DNA of 64,000 nucleotides from an uncultured delta proteobacterium (GTDB taxonomy: Bacteria; Desulfobacterota; RBG-13-43-22): positions 352,001 through 416,000 of the forward strand of contig CAWDKY010000017.1 of assembly GCA_963802945.1 (NCBI GenBank), given 5' to 3'. The notes beneath the pieces are model-generated. The model did no database searches, had not been told where the DNA came from, and saw only the letters and a list, made by a program, of their open reading frames with translations. Below are positions 6,905-17,897 of this stretch, piece after piece. Position numbers and translations under genes: made by a program. Every line of letters starts with the position of its first letter. Within the stretch, counting starts at the first letter, position 1.

Positions 6905-8725
6905 GTGTATTCTTTTCAACTGACTAAAAATATTATAGGAATCGATATCGGGACTTCCTCTCTGAAGATCGCCGAATGCCAGCGGGCCGGGGAGAAGATT
7001 ACCCTGCTTAAATACGAAATAGTACGGCTGCCCGAGGGGACAGGACCGAATCGAGCCTTATCTCTGCAGGAAATCTCCGCCTTTATCCGTGATACTCTGA
7101 AGGATTTGGGCATCAGGACTTCGGATAGTGTTTCGGAAGTGACCGGCCCCCGGACTGTAGCCAGGCACCTCTTTATGCAGGATCTGGCTGATGAGGAAAT
7201 GAGAGAAGCGATCCGTTGGGGGGCCAAAGCCGATTTCCCTTTTGCCTTGGATGAGGCCTTTATTGATTTTTATAAATTGGAGGTCTTCAAGCGAGAGGAA
7301 GAGGCGCCGGAAGCCGAGATTATCTCCGCCGTAGCCACCCGGGAAGCGGTCGAGGAACAAGTGGCCTTATTAAGGGATGCCGGCTTGAAACCTCTTTTCC
7401 TTTCCATCCCCTCTTTTAGTTTAATGCAAGCCTACCGTTTTACCCAGCCTTCCCCTTGGTCTGAGACAGTAGCCGTCATTGATTTGGGTAAAAAAAGTAC
7501 TCAGATCATTGTCCTGAAAGAAGGAAACCTGAAATTTTCCCGTGAAATTGCTGTGGCCGGAGATATTTTCACTCAATCTTTAATTGGGTCTTATGAGGTG
7601 AACGGGCAGGCGACGGAGATAGACCAAACTACGGCCGAAAAGATCAAAATCGAGGTTGGGCTGTTGGCAGAGGGGGAGGCCGATCAATTGGTTGAAGGCC
7701 TTCCTCTGGATCAGGTACAAAAAAGGCTGAGTCCGGTAATGGACCGTCTCCTGCTTGAAGTTGAAAGATCCATAAATTATTATAAAAATCAGTTTAAAGA
7801 CTACGAAATAAAAAGGGTTCTGATAACCGGAGGAGGTAGTCTTTTAAAGGGCCTGCCGGAGGCCTTGGGAAAAAGTTTGGAAATCCCGGTGCAACTCTTT
7901 CAGAATGCCGGTTCGCTGACCGTTAAGAAAAAGATCAACCGAGATCTTTTTTTAAGGAACCTTCCCTTCCTGACCACCTTGTTGGGGCTTGTCACTCAAA
8001 TTCAACCTTTGGTCAATCTGAGTCGCCAATATTTAGCCCCTCAAGTTACGAAAAGTTCTTTTGGGAAGTATTTAAAACCCGCCCTGATAAGCCTCCTGTC
8101 CCTGGGGGTCATCTTTTTCTTCGGCTCTCAATACTGGATCGCCAGCCGACAAGCAGCCAAGTTTCGGAAGGAGGTGTCCGTTAAAAAAGAGCAAATAGCC
8201 CGAACGGGTAAACCGGCCGAGGAGTTGGCCCGTTTGGAAAAGGAAGAGGCCCAATTGAATAAAGAAATGGAAGGGTTTCCAAAGATCAATATCAAAAAGC
8301 TTCCCATGCAGAATTTGTTTCAAGAATTGCTCGGACTTGTGCCAAAGAATATAACCTTAACCCAGTTTGAATTCTCCAAGTCTCAAGAGACCCTGGTGAT
8401 GCCGGGACCCGCATCTGAAAATCCTAAGATCGAACCGGGCGCCGGTAAAATGGAAGAGATTCAAAAGGCCGCCGTGAGTTCCGGTCCCAGTGAGGGGAAA
8501 AGGGAGTATTATTTGATTATCCAGGGCATAGCTTTCGGCTCCGACCAGGAAATTCTGGCGGCCTTATCGGAGTTTACCCGAAACTTGAATCGGTCAGCGT
8601 ATTATAAAGAGGCCAAAATGCAAACGACTTTAAAAAGCACTGGATACTCCAAGGGGGCCGCAGAATTCAAAATCCTGGCCAAACTTGGAGAAGGGTTGAG
8701 TATGCCCTTGGGGGGTTCTTCTTGA
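6905..8725 (+). CDS. pilM: Type IV pilus PilM (actin-like) fused to a PilN-like TM/periplasmic domain (MshI-like)
   Basis: IGIDIGTSSLK, VIDLGKKST, ITGGGSLLKGL; then VNL + TM + coiled coil + LVPKNITLTQF PilN features, in one uninterrupted ORF. Confidence 0.85.
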   Translation: MYSFQLTKNIIGIDIGTSSLKIAECQRAGEKITLLKYEIVRLPEGTGPNRALSLQEISAFIRDTLKDLGIRTSDSVSEVTGPRTVARHLFMQDLADEEMREAIRWGAKADFPFALDEAFIDFYKLEVFKREEEAPEAEIISAVATREAVEEQVALLRDAGLKPLFLSIPSFSLMQAYRFTQPSPWSETVAVIDLGKKSTQIIVLKEGNLKFSREIAVAGDIFTQSLIGSYEVNGQATEIDQTTAEKIKIEVGLLAEGEADQLVEGLPLDQVQKRLSPVMDRLLLEVERSINYYKNQFKDYEIKRVLITGGGSLLKGLPEALGKSLEIPVQLFQNAGSLTVKKKINRDLFLRNLPFLTTLLGLVTQIQPLVNLSRQYLAPQVTKSSFGKYLKPALISLLSLGVIFFFGSQYWIASRQAAKFRKEVSVKKEQIARTGKPAEELARLEKEEAQLNKEMEGFPKINIKKLPMQNLFQELLGLVPKNITLTQFEFSKSQETLVMPGPASENPKIEPGAGKMEEIQKAAVSSGPSEGKREYYLIIQGIAFGSDQEILAALSEFTRNLNRSAYYKEAKMQTTLKSTGYSKGAAEFKILAKLGEGLSMPLGGSS

Positions 8726-9352
8726 TGGTCTTAAAGTTAAAGACTCGGGAAAAGGTTTTTATCGGGGTGGCTGTATTGGTAGGGGTCGTCATGGGTTTTG
8801 ATCAATTTATCGCCCAACCTAAAAAAAAGGAGGTTGCAGCCCTTCAAAAACAGGTTCAGGAATACAATGAAAAGCTGGTTGCGGTTACGACTTCTTTAAC
8901 CGGGCTTAATCCGATCAGAAAACGGGTGGAAGAGAAAAGAAAAGAAAGAGAATCGATGGCCGGCAGGATTTCCGATGACCGGCAGTTGGGGCTTCTTCTG
9001 GATCAATTGGGAAAAGAAAGCCAGATGAAACAAATGGATTTGATTCATTTGAACATCAACGAGGACACGGCAGGTATTCCGGCTGAGGATAAAAGCAAGC
9101 CCAAGGCCGGGTCCTTCAAAAAGGTGATCCTGGAAACGGAACTTCAGGCCGGTTATGGGACCATCGGTCCCTATTTGGACAATATTCAATCTTTGCCCAT
9201 TTTTCTGGAGATTGAAAAGGTCGATATCCAGAGAAGAGGAATCGTTTCCTAAATTGAAGGTTATTGTACAGCAGGTCTTGTACATTGCTTCTTCACTGAA
9301 GAAGGAAGCCCAAGGTCAAGGAAATGGTCACCCTATCCAGACCTTGCGTTAG
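8725..9352 (+). CDS. PilO/MshJ-like inner-membrane pilus protein (frameshift ~9235)
   Basis: LKTREK + TM + coiled coil + GYGTIGPYLDNIQSLP; C-terminus continues in ORF 9155-9352; TGATG coupling to pilMN. Confidence 0.75.
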
Positions 9353-9408
9353 CGGAGTCAGACTCGAAACGTCCTTTCCTTCATCGGCAGGAGGGGATAG
9401 ACGGAGGA

Positions 9409-9852
9409 TTGGAGGGGATTCAAGGGAAAATAGTACAGGTGTCATTAGTTGTTTTTTGGGCCTGTTTTTTGAGCTGCTGGGTGATCGGAGGAACCGAAGC
9501 GTTTTCCGGGCAGCGAGATCCGTTTGCCTTTCCAGCAGGGGTTCAGAAAGGGGCGGTTCTGAAAGAGAAAGCAGGGACCGGTCCAGGGACCGGTCCTGAA
9601 AAAGCGGTTCAAGGCTCGGTTCCGGGGTTTCGAGTGACCACCATTTTGGTCAGCGGGCGTACCAGGGTGGCGGCTATCAACGGGGTCCTGATGAAAAAAG
9701 GGGATAAGCTTGACGACTACCGAATCGAGGAGATCGAAGACAATCAGGTGACCCTATCCCGGGGAAAGGAAAAGCTGATACTGAAAATAGATTCGGAGGC
9801 CGGGTATTCTTTTAAAAAATTGAATTCAACCAATCGAGTCATGGGATTTTAA
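9409..9852 (+). CDS. MshK-like pilus biogenesis protein (start uncertain, possibly 9324)
   Basis: RDPF motif; TTILVSGRTRVAAING..KGD..DDYRIEEI; lies before the secretin. Confidence 0.7.
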   Translation: MEGIQGKIVQVSLVVFWACFLSCWVIGGTEAFSGQRDPFAFPAGVQKGAVLKEKAGTGPGTGPEKAVQGSVPGFRVTTILVSGRTRVAAINGVLMKKGDKLDDYRIEEIEDNQVTLSRGKEKLILKIDSEAGYSFKKLNSTNRVMGF

Positions 9853-9854
9853 AA

Positions 9855-11434
9855 ATGAAAATTTATTATTGGGCGGGAATTCCTTTGGTTTTTTTCGGGT
9901 TGTGGGCTGGGATATGTGTTGGGGCCGAGCTACAGGGAAAAGATCTAACCATACCGACCATGGAGGGGACCAAGCCTTTGGAAGGGGGAGATATCCCTGA
10001 GGAAAAATTGTATTCTCTTTCCGTCAGGGATGCCGATTTAAAGGAGGTCCTTTTTGCCTTTTCCAAAGACAATGGGGTGAATATAGTCGTTGATCCCAAC
10101 ATTGCGGGAAAGGACGGAAAGGTCGCCAAGGTCACCGTGGATCTGAAAAAAGTGACTATGGCCGCAGCCCTGGACGCCTTGCTTAAACCCCTTGATCTGG
10201 ACTATCAGCAGGAAGGAAACCTGATACGAATCAGCCGACCCAAGCTGGAGACCCGCTCGTTCACCCTTAATTATCTGACGACCGTCAGAGGGGGGGCGTC
10301 TTCAGTCAGCGGGATCGGGGGCTCTTCCGGAGGGACCACCACCAGTACGTCCACGGGAGGAGGTACTTCAACCACCACCGGAGGAGGATCGTTGGTCAGC
10401 CAGGTCAAGTCGGAAGATAAGGCCGATCTCTGGACCGAAATTAAAGATGAAATAAAAAATCTCCTTTCGCCGGAAGGGAAAATTTTGATCAATAAAATAT
10501 CCTCCACCCTGGTGGTCACCGATTATCCCAAGGTGCTCAGGGAGGTGGAAAAATTCCTGGCCAAAGTGGAAGAATCGGTTCAGCGCCAGGTCTATATTGA
10601 AGCCAAGGTGATTGAGGTGAGCCTGAACGACAACTTCCAATTGGGAATCGATTGGCAGTCTGCTCCCCAATATTATGAATCTGGGTTTTGGAGGTTTTAT
10701 CAAACAGAGTCTTTCCGGAGCAGCCACTTACACGAGCGGTACTCTTGCCGCAACAAACATTTTACCGTCCAATAACGCGGTTCAGATCGGGGTGGCCAAC
10801 ACCAATTTTAATGCCCTGGTGGATGCCTTATCCGTCCAGGGGAAGGTGGATGTCATTTCCAGCCCGAGGGTTTCCACCTTGAATAATCAGAAGGCCATTA
10901 TCAAGGCGGCGGTCGAGGATGTTTATTTCGATGTCACCAATTCAAACCTCAGGGGGGACTAGCCCTAATATTACCACCGCTACCCCGAGATATATTACCA
11001 TCGGGGTGATCCTGGATGTCACCCCCCAGATCGATTCCGACGGCACGATCATCATGGACATCCACCCCAGCGTCACCGAAATGATTAGCTTGGTCACCTT
11101 TTCACTAACGGGCCAGCAAGCCCCGGTGATCAGTGTCCGGGAGACCCAGAGCATTGTCCGGGTTCGAGAAGGACAAACCATCCTGATAGCCGGTTTGATG
11201 CAGTCCAAGAAAAATGAAACGCTGAACGGGATCCCCTGTTTGATGAACGTGCCCGTAGCCGGGGAAGCCTTCCGCCAGACGAATCAAGCTAAAACGAAAT
11301 CGGAAATCGTGATCCTGATTACGCCCACTATCTATACCGGTCAAAAGATCATGGATTTTACCAAGCAAGGGGATAAGGCCGTCCAGGATGTTCGTTCCCT
11401 TCCTTCTCCCAGCCGTCATGACCTGGTGAGGTAG
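9855..11434 (+). CDS. mshL: MshL-type secretin (frameshifts ~10670 and ~10945)
   Basis: Secretin N domain with S/T/G loop; RQVYIEAKVIEVSL..GIDW; SSPRVSTLNNQKAII; LDVTPQI; ILIAGL; EIVILITP, across three ORFs. Confidence 0.88.
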
Positions 11435-11437
11435 GCC

Positions 11438-12713
11438 ATGTACCAACGATTTTTTGGATTGAAAGAAAAGCCTTTTCGGATAACCCCGGATCCCCGGTTC
11501 CTTTATCTCAGCGAAAAGCACGCCGAGGCCCTGGATCATTTAATTTATGGGATAACTCAGGGTGAAGGGTTTATGGTCATCAGTGGCGACGTGGGCACGG
11601 GGAAGACGACGATTATTCGTTCCTTAATGGGGCGTCTGGGTAATTCTAAAATAAAAATGGCGCTGGTCCTCAATCCCTTGCTGGAGATTGAAGATCTATT
11701 AAAGGCCATCCTGGAGGATTTTGGTCTTTCTCCTATAGGGAAATCAAAAAAGGAGATGATCGACCAGTTAAATTCCTTTCTATTATCTCTTAACCGGGAA
11801 GGGGGAAAAGCGGTTGTTATCATTGACGAAGTCACAGAACCTGGCTCCTGACCTTTTGGAAGAGCTCAGATCCCTTTCCAACCTGGAGACCGACCAGGAA
11901 AAACTCCTTCAAATTGTTCTGGTTGGACAACTTGAATTATGGAATAAACTGAACCGCCCCAACCTTAGACAACTTAAACAGCGGGTCTCGGTCAATTATC
12001 GTCTGGAGCCTTTATCCCTCAAGGAAATGGAGGAATATATTTACCATCGGTTATCGATCGCCGGTTCAAGGGGTGACCTGGTGTTTTCGAACAGGGCCCT
12101 GCGCCGGATTTATAAAGTCTCCAGGGGGATCCCCCGATTAATTAATCTGCTTTGTGACCGGACCTTACTGGTGCTTTATCTTGATCAGAAGATGCAGGTA
12201 ACGCCGGTTCATGTCCGAAAGGCCATAGAAAGTCTGAGGGGCGGGAAACACCCTTCTTCTATTTTTAGTGAAAGAACCTTCCGGCGTCTGGCTTTCGGAG
12301 GGATTGGGGGCCTGGTCGTTTTTTTGGGGACCTTGGGCTTGTTGTGGCTATCACCCAGAACCAATAGCAACTTGGAAGCAACCGTGGTTTCAGGAGAGGT
12401 GCCTAAAACCCAGAGTTTGGTTTCCTCTCTTATGTATTCGGTGCACATCTTATCTTTCAGGAAGGAGAAGTTGGCCGTCCAGGCCATAGAAAAAATTTCT
12501 CAAGAAGGTCTTGAAGCCTTTGGCATGGCCATCCATATGCCCGATACAGGAACCTGGTACCGTATTTTAGTAGGCCAATATGAGACCAGAGAAGAAGCCC
12601 AAAATTTGGCCAATCGGTTGAGGGAGAGCGGATTATATCCTTATTCCATAGTCACCTCCATCCCTCACGGGAATATCAAAATCAAACCGGAAATTAAGGG
12701 ATCAACGTTATGA
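11438..12713 (+). CDS. MshM/ExeA-family AAA ATPase with a TM segment and C-terminal SPOR domain (frameshift ~11832)
   Basis: FGLKEKPFRITPDP, Walker A GDVGTGKT, VIIDE, LVGQ, GIPRLINLLCDR; SPOR-like WYRILVGQYETREEA. Confidence 0.88.
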
Positions 12714-13867
12714 GTCTTATCAGAGATGCCCTAAAAAAAGCGGCCGATGAAACGGAATCTCCTTCACCTTTGCCCCCTGACAAGAAAGTGGGGAGAAAAA
12801 GGTTCGGGTCTTCCAAACCCCCCCAAATCCTTCTGGTTGTTTTATTGTTGATCTGCCTGGCCGGAGTTCTTGTTTATTCTTTTTTCCCTACCCTCCTGCC
12901 TTTTCTAAAGCATCAACCCCTTCGTGCCCCGAAACCCATGGCTAAAAAAATTGAAATCAAAACGCCGGTAACTCCTCTTGCTAATAAAAATGAAATCAAG
13001 GCCCCGGTAATTTCACCAGAACAGGGAAAAGTGGCCTTGCAGACCAAAGGTCCGGAAAAGGCTGAGACTAAAAGTCTCCAACCTTTGCCGACCAAGAGGA
13101 AGGAGTCTCCTGAAAAGGAGCAGATCAAAAAGTCGGCGAGTCTTTTGAAGACCGTTCCCCCCCGATTTATAATTCCGAGATCGACGGCCAAGATTTTTTC
13201 GAGACCTTCTCTTTCTAAGAAAATGGTTACCAAAACCAGGCCGCCAAGCGAGATTCCTGAGACACCCAAGACCCAGGCCGCCCAGGGAGAACCGGACTCC
13301 CTGCAGATCGTCCGGTTGTTTAACGAGTCTGTTCGGAATCAGCAAAAGCATCTCTATGCTGAGGCCATCCAAGGTTACCAGGAAATATTATTTATGCGGC
13401 CTAATCACTGGGAAACCTATAATAATCTGGGCCTGATCTATCAGGACCAGAAGCGATTTACCCAGGCCTTGGAGATGTTCCAAAAGGCCTTGTCCCTGAA
13501 CCCCCGCTATCAAAAGGGATTTAACAATTTAGGGCTCTTCTATCTGAACCAGGGAAAACTGGAAGAGGCCGGAAACCAATTCAGAAAGGTTATGGAACTG
13601 GATCCGAACTTTTTGCCGGCCTATATCAACTTGGCGGTGGTTTTGAATAGACAGGGCCAGGTCGAACAGGCCCAAAAATGCCTTCTGAAGGCTCTGGAAC
13701 ACGACTCCGAAAATATGGAAGCCCATTACAATTTGGGCCTGTTATGGGAAAGTCAAGGGGTGGAAAGCAAGGCCCTTGAACATTATCAGAAATTTGTTTC
13801 CAAAGCTCAGGGACCCTATACTGAATTGGCCAATGAATTAAAAAAGAGATGGCCGGCATTGAAATAA
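12710..13867 (+). CDS. MshN-like TPR protein
   Basis: MSLIRDALKKA N-terminus, TM segment, Pro/Lys linker, C-terminal TPRs (YNNLGLIY, NNLGLFY, HYNLG). Confidence 0.8.
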   Translation: MSLIRDALKKAADETESPSPLPPDKKVGRKRFGSSKPPQILLVVLLLICLAGVLVYSFFPTLLPFLKHQPLRAPKPMAKKIEIKTPVTPLANKNEIKAPVISPEQGKVALQTKGPEKAETKSLQPLPTKRKESPEKEQIKKSASLLKTVPPRFIIPRSTAKIFSRPSLSKKMVTKTRPPSEIPETPKTQAAQGEPDSLQIVRLFNESVRNQQKHLYAEAIQGYQEILFMRPNHWETYNNLGLIYQDQKRFTQALEMFQKALSLNPRYQKGFNNLGLFYLNQGKLEEAGNQFRKVMELDPNFLPAYINLAVVLNRQGQVEQAQKCLLKALEHDSENMEAHYNLGLLWESQGVESKALEHYQKFVSKAQGPYTELANELKKRWPALK

Positions 13868-13969
13868 GAGATACCGGATGAACGAGGGACGAGAAAGGCT
13901 TTTTTGTCCTTTGTCTTTGCGAACGAAGCAAGCGATCGTCCATCGTTTTAATACGTTTGTCGTCCAGCC

Positions 13970-14377
13970 TCAGGGATCTCGAATCGGGGTTTGACGCCAC
14001 CAGAGATTGGCCGAGGGAGGATCGAATAATTTATTCGCGTTTCCCTGCCTGACCAAAGGGGATGTTTGGTTCTCATTGGCTTCGTGCAACAGGCGGTCAA
14101 TAGTCAGCAGAAGGCCGAGGAAGGGGCCGTAATCGGAGAGGGCCTGATTGGCATAGGCCGAACAACTAGGCTGCATGTAACACTCAGAAGCCAGGACCGG
14201 AGAGAGGAATTTTTGATAGACCTGGACACCCAAAGACAAGGGGGAAAAGGTGTCCGCGGGAGAAGGGGGCGGGGAAGGCTCCACCCCATATCCTTTAAGG
14301 GGAAGGATCAGGAGGGTAATGATCAGGGAAAAAAGAAAAATTTTTCCCGAATAATATTTGGTGTTCAGTGTTCGCAT
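13970..14377 (-). CDS. YidD-family membrane protein insertion efficiency factor with an N-terminal signal/TM segment
   Basis: YQKFLSP..SECYMQPSCSAYA..G.FLGLLLTIDRL. Confidence 0.75.
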   Translation of the reverse strand: MRTLNTKYYSGKIFLFSLIITLLILPLKGYGVEPSPPPSPADTFSPLSLGVQVYQKFLSPVLASECYMQPSCSAYANQALSDYGPFLGLLLTIDRLLHEANENQTSPLVRQGNANKLFDPPSANLWWRQTPIRDP

Positions 14378-14416
14378 TGAGTAAAACCCAATGGCATACC
14401 TTAATGACGTCCCCTT

Positions 14417-15328
14417 TTAAAAAGCATGATGGAGCACCACATAAGGCGTCGGTGAGGATGAAGGCCCCTGGGAAAAGAGTCCAAACCGAATTCCATAACC
14501 TTCCAGGAAGTCGGTATCCAGTTTTCGATTAAGCTTATGGGCGCTGTTTATCGCACTGTAGATGTTACCCGAATACCAAGCCAATTCAATAAAAGTCAAG
14601 AGGGCGCCAAGGCCGCTGTTTCCCTGTTGGAAAGAGGAGATGGCCGCCCAGGTGAATAAACCGTTTATACTGAAGGCAATCAAGGCATCTTGACTGCGGT
14701 CCAAATACAAGTGCCCTGCTCCCGGAAGGATGGCCGCCAGGGCACCGGCCGTGGTTGGGGATTTATAGGGAAGCTTTTCGGCATTCTGAAAAAAGGCCTC
14801 ATGGACCTCCTTTTCAGAATCCTTCAAGGGGGAGTTTTTTAATAGTAATCGGGCTGAGTCGTAGTTTTTTTGTTTGACAAGACCCCAGAGAATGGACCGA
14901 GCGGCTGTAGATTTTAAAGAGGAATGGCCTTCTTGAAGGATTTTTTCCCAAAGGTGCATGGCTTGATCTTCCCGGCCCAGTGCCCAATAAGCCTTACCGG
15001 TTTTGAATTGGATCTCTTCTTTAAATGGTGTGCCAGGGGTTTGGGAAAGGACTCCTTCCCAGTGAAGGATGGCTTCTTGATAGGCTTTGGTTTGAAACAG
15101 GGCTTCTCCTAAAAGGTAATTGGCTTCATCCGCCTTGGCCCCGGAGGGGTAGAGAAACAGGTATCTTTTAAATTCAGTAATGGCTCGGAAATAATCATTG
15201 TGTTGCAGGAGATGACTGGCAAAGGTAAATTGGGATTCTTCGGAAGTCAAGGGTTCTGCCGGATTTGACCAGACCAGTGAAGGCAGGAGGAAGAGGAACA
15301 ATATTCCGATAAAAGTTTTTCCAGACAT
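14417..15328 (-). CDS. Secreted TPR (BamD/YfiO-like) protein with a C-terminal KSP..AG.L..ILPGAG membrane segment
   Basis: Signal peptide; DYFRAITEFKRYLFLYP; TPR repeats. Confidence 0.65.
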   Translation of the reverse strand: MSGKTFIGILFLFLLPSLVWSNPAEPLTSEESQFTFASHLLQHNDYFRAITEFKRYLFLYPSGAKADEANYLLGEALFQTKAYQEAILHWEGVLSQTPGTPFKEEIQFKTGKAYWALGREDQAMHLWEKILQEGHSSLKSTAARSILWGLVKQKNYDSARLLLKNSPLKDSEKEVHEAFFQNAEKLPYKSPTTAGALAAILPGAGHLYLDRSQDALIAFSINGLFTWAAISSFQQGNSGLGALLTFIELAWYSGNIYSAINSAHKLNRKLDTDFLEGYGIRFGLFSQGPSSSPTPYVVLHHAF

Positions 15329-15511
15329 AGATTAAATTTCGGCAAAAATGGTTATAGGGGGAATTCCATTTCCCTTATGGAGGACCATACCATAAGCTCT
15401 TTTAATAGCCAAGAAATAATATTGGTTCGAGTGGAGTTGTTCTTGTGATGAAAAAGAAGATATGGTAAAAAGGTGGGCAGAAATTTTATTTTTGAAGCCA
15501 GGGAGTTGATT

Positions 15512-17779
15512 ATGCCCAATCGGTGTTGGACCGTCGAGATTTTTATCTTTTCAGTCATGATCTTAGGACCGACCCTTTTTTCTCAGGCTGCCGAGAAAGG
15601 GTCGGCAAAGGAGGCAGGGACGGCCAAAGATGCCTACGATATTGAAGCACAGGACTTAACTTACAATCAAGATACTGAAATTTATACGGCCATCGGAGAG
15701 GTCATCATTAAAAAGAGCGGCAGGGTCTTAAAGTGTGATTACGCCCAAGTCGATCACAAAACCATGATTGCCCAGGCCCAGGGCCATGTTGAATTTACTG
15801 CCGACGGGGATGAGCTTCGCGGAGACGAATTGACGGTTGATTTGCAAAAACAAACCGGTGAAGTTAAAAAAAGGCGTCCTTTTTTTAAAGAAGAATAATT
15901 TCCATATTACCGGAGAACAAATATGGAAAACAGGGGAATCGACCTACCGGGTTCTTAACGGGACCATTACCTCCTGTGACGGTGAAAAGGTTCCTTGGGA
16001 AATAAAGGCTAAAGAAATTCTGGTGACCATAGAAGGCTATGGACAGCTCTGGCAATCTTCTTTACTGGTAAGGGATATCCCTGCTCTTTACGTCCCTTAT
16101 ATGATTTTTCCGGCCAAGACTAAGCGTCAGAGCGGCTTTTTGATGCCCGAACCTGGAATTTCAAGCCGTGATGGGGTCACTTTTAACCTCCCTTTCTTTT
16201 GGGCTATTTCGGATAATACCGACGCCACTTTCAATGAGTATTTCATGAGCCGCCGGGGGTTAGTGCAAGGTGCTGAATTCCGGTATGCTCTTTCTCCTTT
16301 TTCCAAAGGGACGTTAATGCTGGATTATCTCTTTAAAGATTATGGAAGCGAAGAACAATATAAAGAAGGCAATATCAGCCAGCCCTATACGGAACGTTAT
16401 TGGTTTCGTTCCAAGATCAATCAGAGGTTGCCCTGGGACATGGATTTGAAGATGGATTTGGACTTGGTTAGTGATATAGATTATCTGAATGAATTTCAGG
16501 GCACACCCAACGGCCTGAACCGTAACCGGCTAGCCTTCCTAAGCGATTTCGGCCGGGACCTGGGGGATCAAACCCAACTCAGCCGGACGAACACCGCCGC
16601 TTTAACCAAGAATTTCGGCTCTTATAGTTTTACCGGCGGATTCACCTATTATCAGCAATTGGCCAACATAACCACCGCCTTGGATCAACTCCCTTACGCC
16701 CGTTTTGACGGTATCAAACAAGTCCTGTGGAAAGATCTTTATTATCAGTGGGGTTCTTCCTATAACTATTATTGGGCCCAATCATCGGATACGCGGACAT
16801 GTGGTCGAATTGACCCCGACCCTGTATTATCCGACCAAATTAGGGAATTACCTTAAGCTGGAAGGCTCAATGGGCATGACCGAGGATTTGTACCAGGTCA
16901 CCAATAAACTCACTTCTTCTGCAGATTATTTTGGAAACCGTTCCGTACCCAGCTTCACGCTGGATATGTCCACCGACATTGAAAAGATCTTTCAACTTTC
17001 GGGAGAAGAGTTTCAAAAATTGAAACATGACATCCGACCCCAGATAGTCTATAATTATACTCCCCAAATAACGCAGGATACCCTTCCCAGTTTTATTTCC
17101 CCCATCAACCAGAACAATTCGGTCACTTATTATTTATACAATACATTTACGGGAAAGTCGTTGCTGGGGAAGGGGGGCCAAGGGGAGGATCTTTTTAGTT
17201 ATCCGGATTTGGTCCAGCTTAAATTGTATCAGACCTATAACATCACTCCAAGCACCACCACTTACCATACCAACGTTGGCGGCACCACCACCCCTACCAC
17301 TACTACTATCAACAATGCTGGCACTACCATCATTACCACGACTAACTCTGGTGGCACCACAACCACCACTACTACCCCCTCCTTTTCCGATGTTGCTGGT
17401 GAACTGGAATTAACTCCTCATCCTAATCTTAGCTTACGATCCAGTGTGGCTTGGTCTCCCTACACCGGGCAGATAGATTCCCAAAGTTATGACTTGATTT
17501 TGTTGGACAAAAAAGGGGAACCGTGCTTTCCTGGAATATCTGTCCACGTTGGGGGGCCAAACCCAGCAGATCAATGCCAACTTGACCTGGAAAATCAATT
17601 CTCTTTGGTCGGCCAATTTTCAGACCAACTATTCCCTGGATCAGAACATAAGTTATGGAACCTACGTTGGGTTGACTTACACGAAGCAATGTTGGGGGAT
17701 AAGACTCAGTTATTCGTACACTCTTACTGACACAAGTTTCATGATTTATTTTACCCTAAAAGGTCTGGGGGAATTTTAG
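15512..17779 (+). CDS. lptD: LPS-assembly protein LptD (frameshifts ~15870, ~16785, ~17520)
   Basis: OstA-like N domain, ITSCDG..PW, KTKRQSGFLMP, PFFWAISD, C-terminal QCWG...FTLKGLGEF; GGGAG RBS before ATG 15512. Confidence 0.88.
17245..17379 (+). repeat. In-frame Thr-rich imperfect repeat (ACN runs) inside lptD
   Basis: TPSTTTYHTNVGG-TTTPTTTTINNAG-TTIITTTNSGG-TTTTTTTP. Confidence 0.85.
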
Positions 17780-17897
17780 CCCGATTATAGAAGCCCGGTA
17801 TCCCTATTTGAAAAATAGAGGAGGGGGCGTTCTTACAGGACGTGCTTTTCAAATCAAAAATAAACGATTAAATGGGAAATAAATAGGAACCTATATA

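Noticed and set aside
9855-17779. Programmed frameshifting in mshL, mshM or lptD
   Set aside because: No shared slippery motif, and the same kind of lesion hits unrelated genes across the window.
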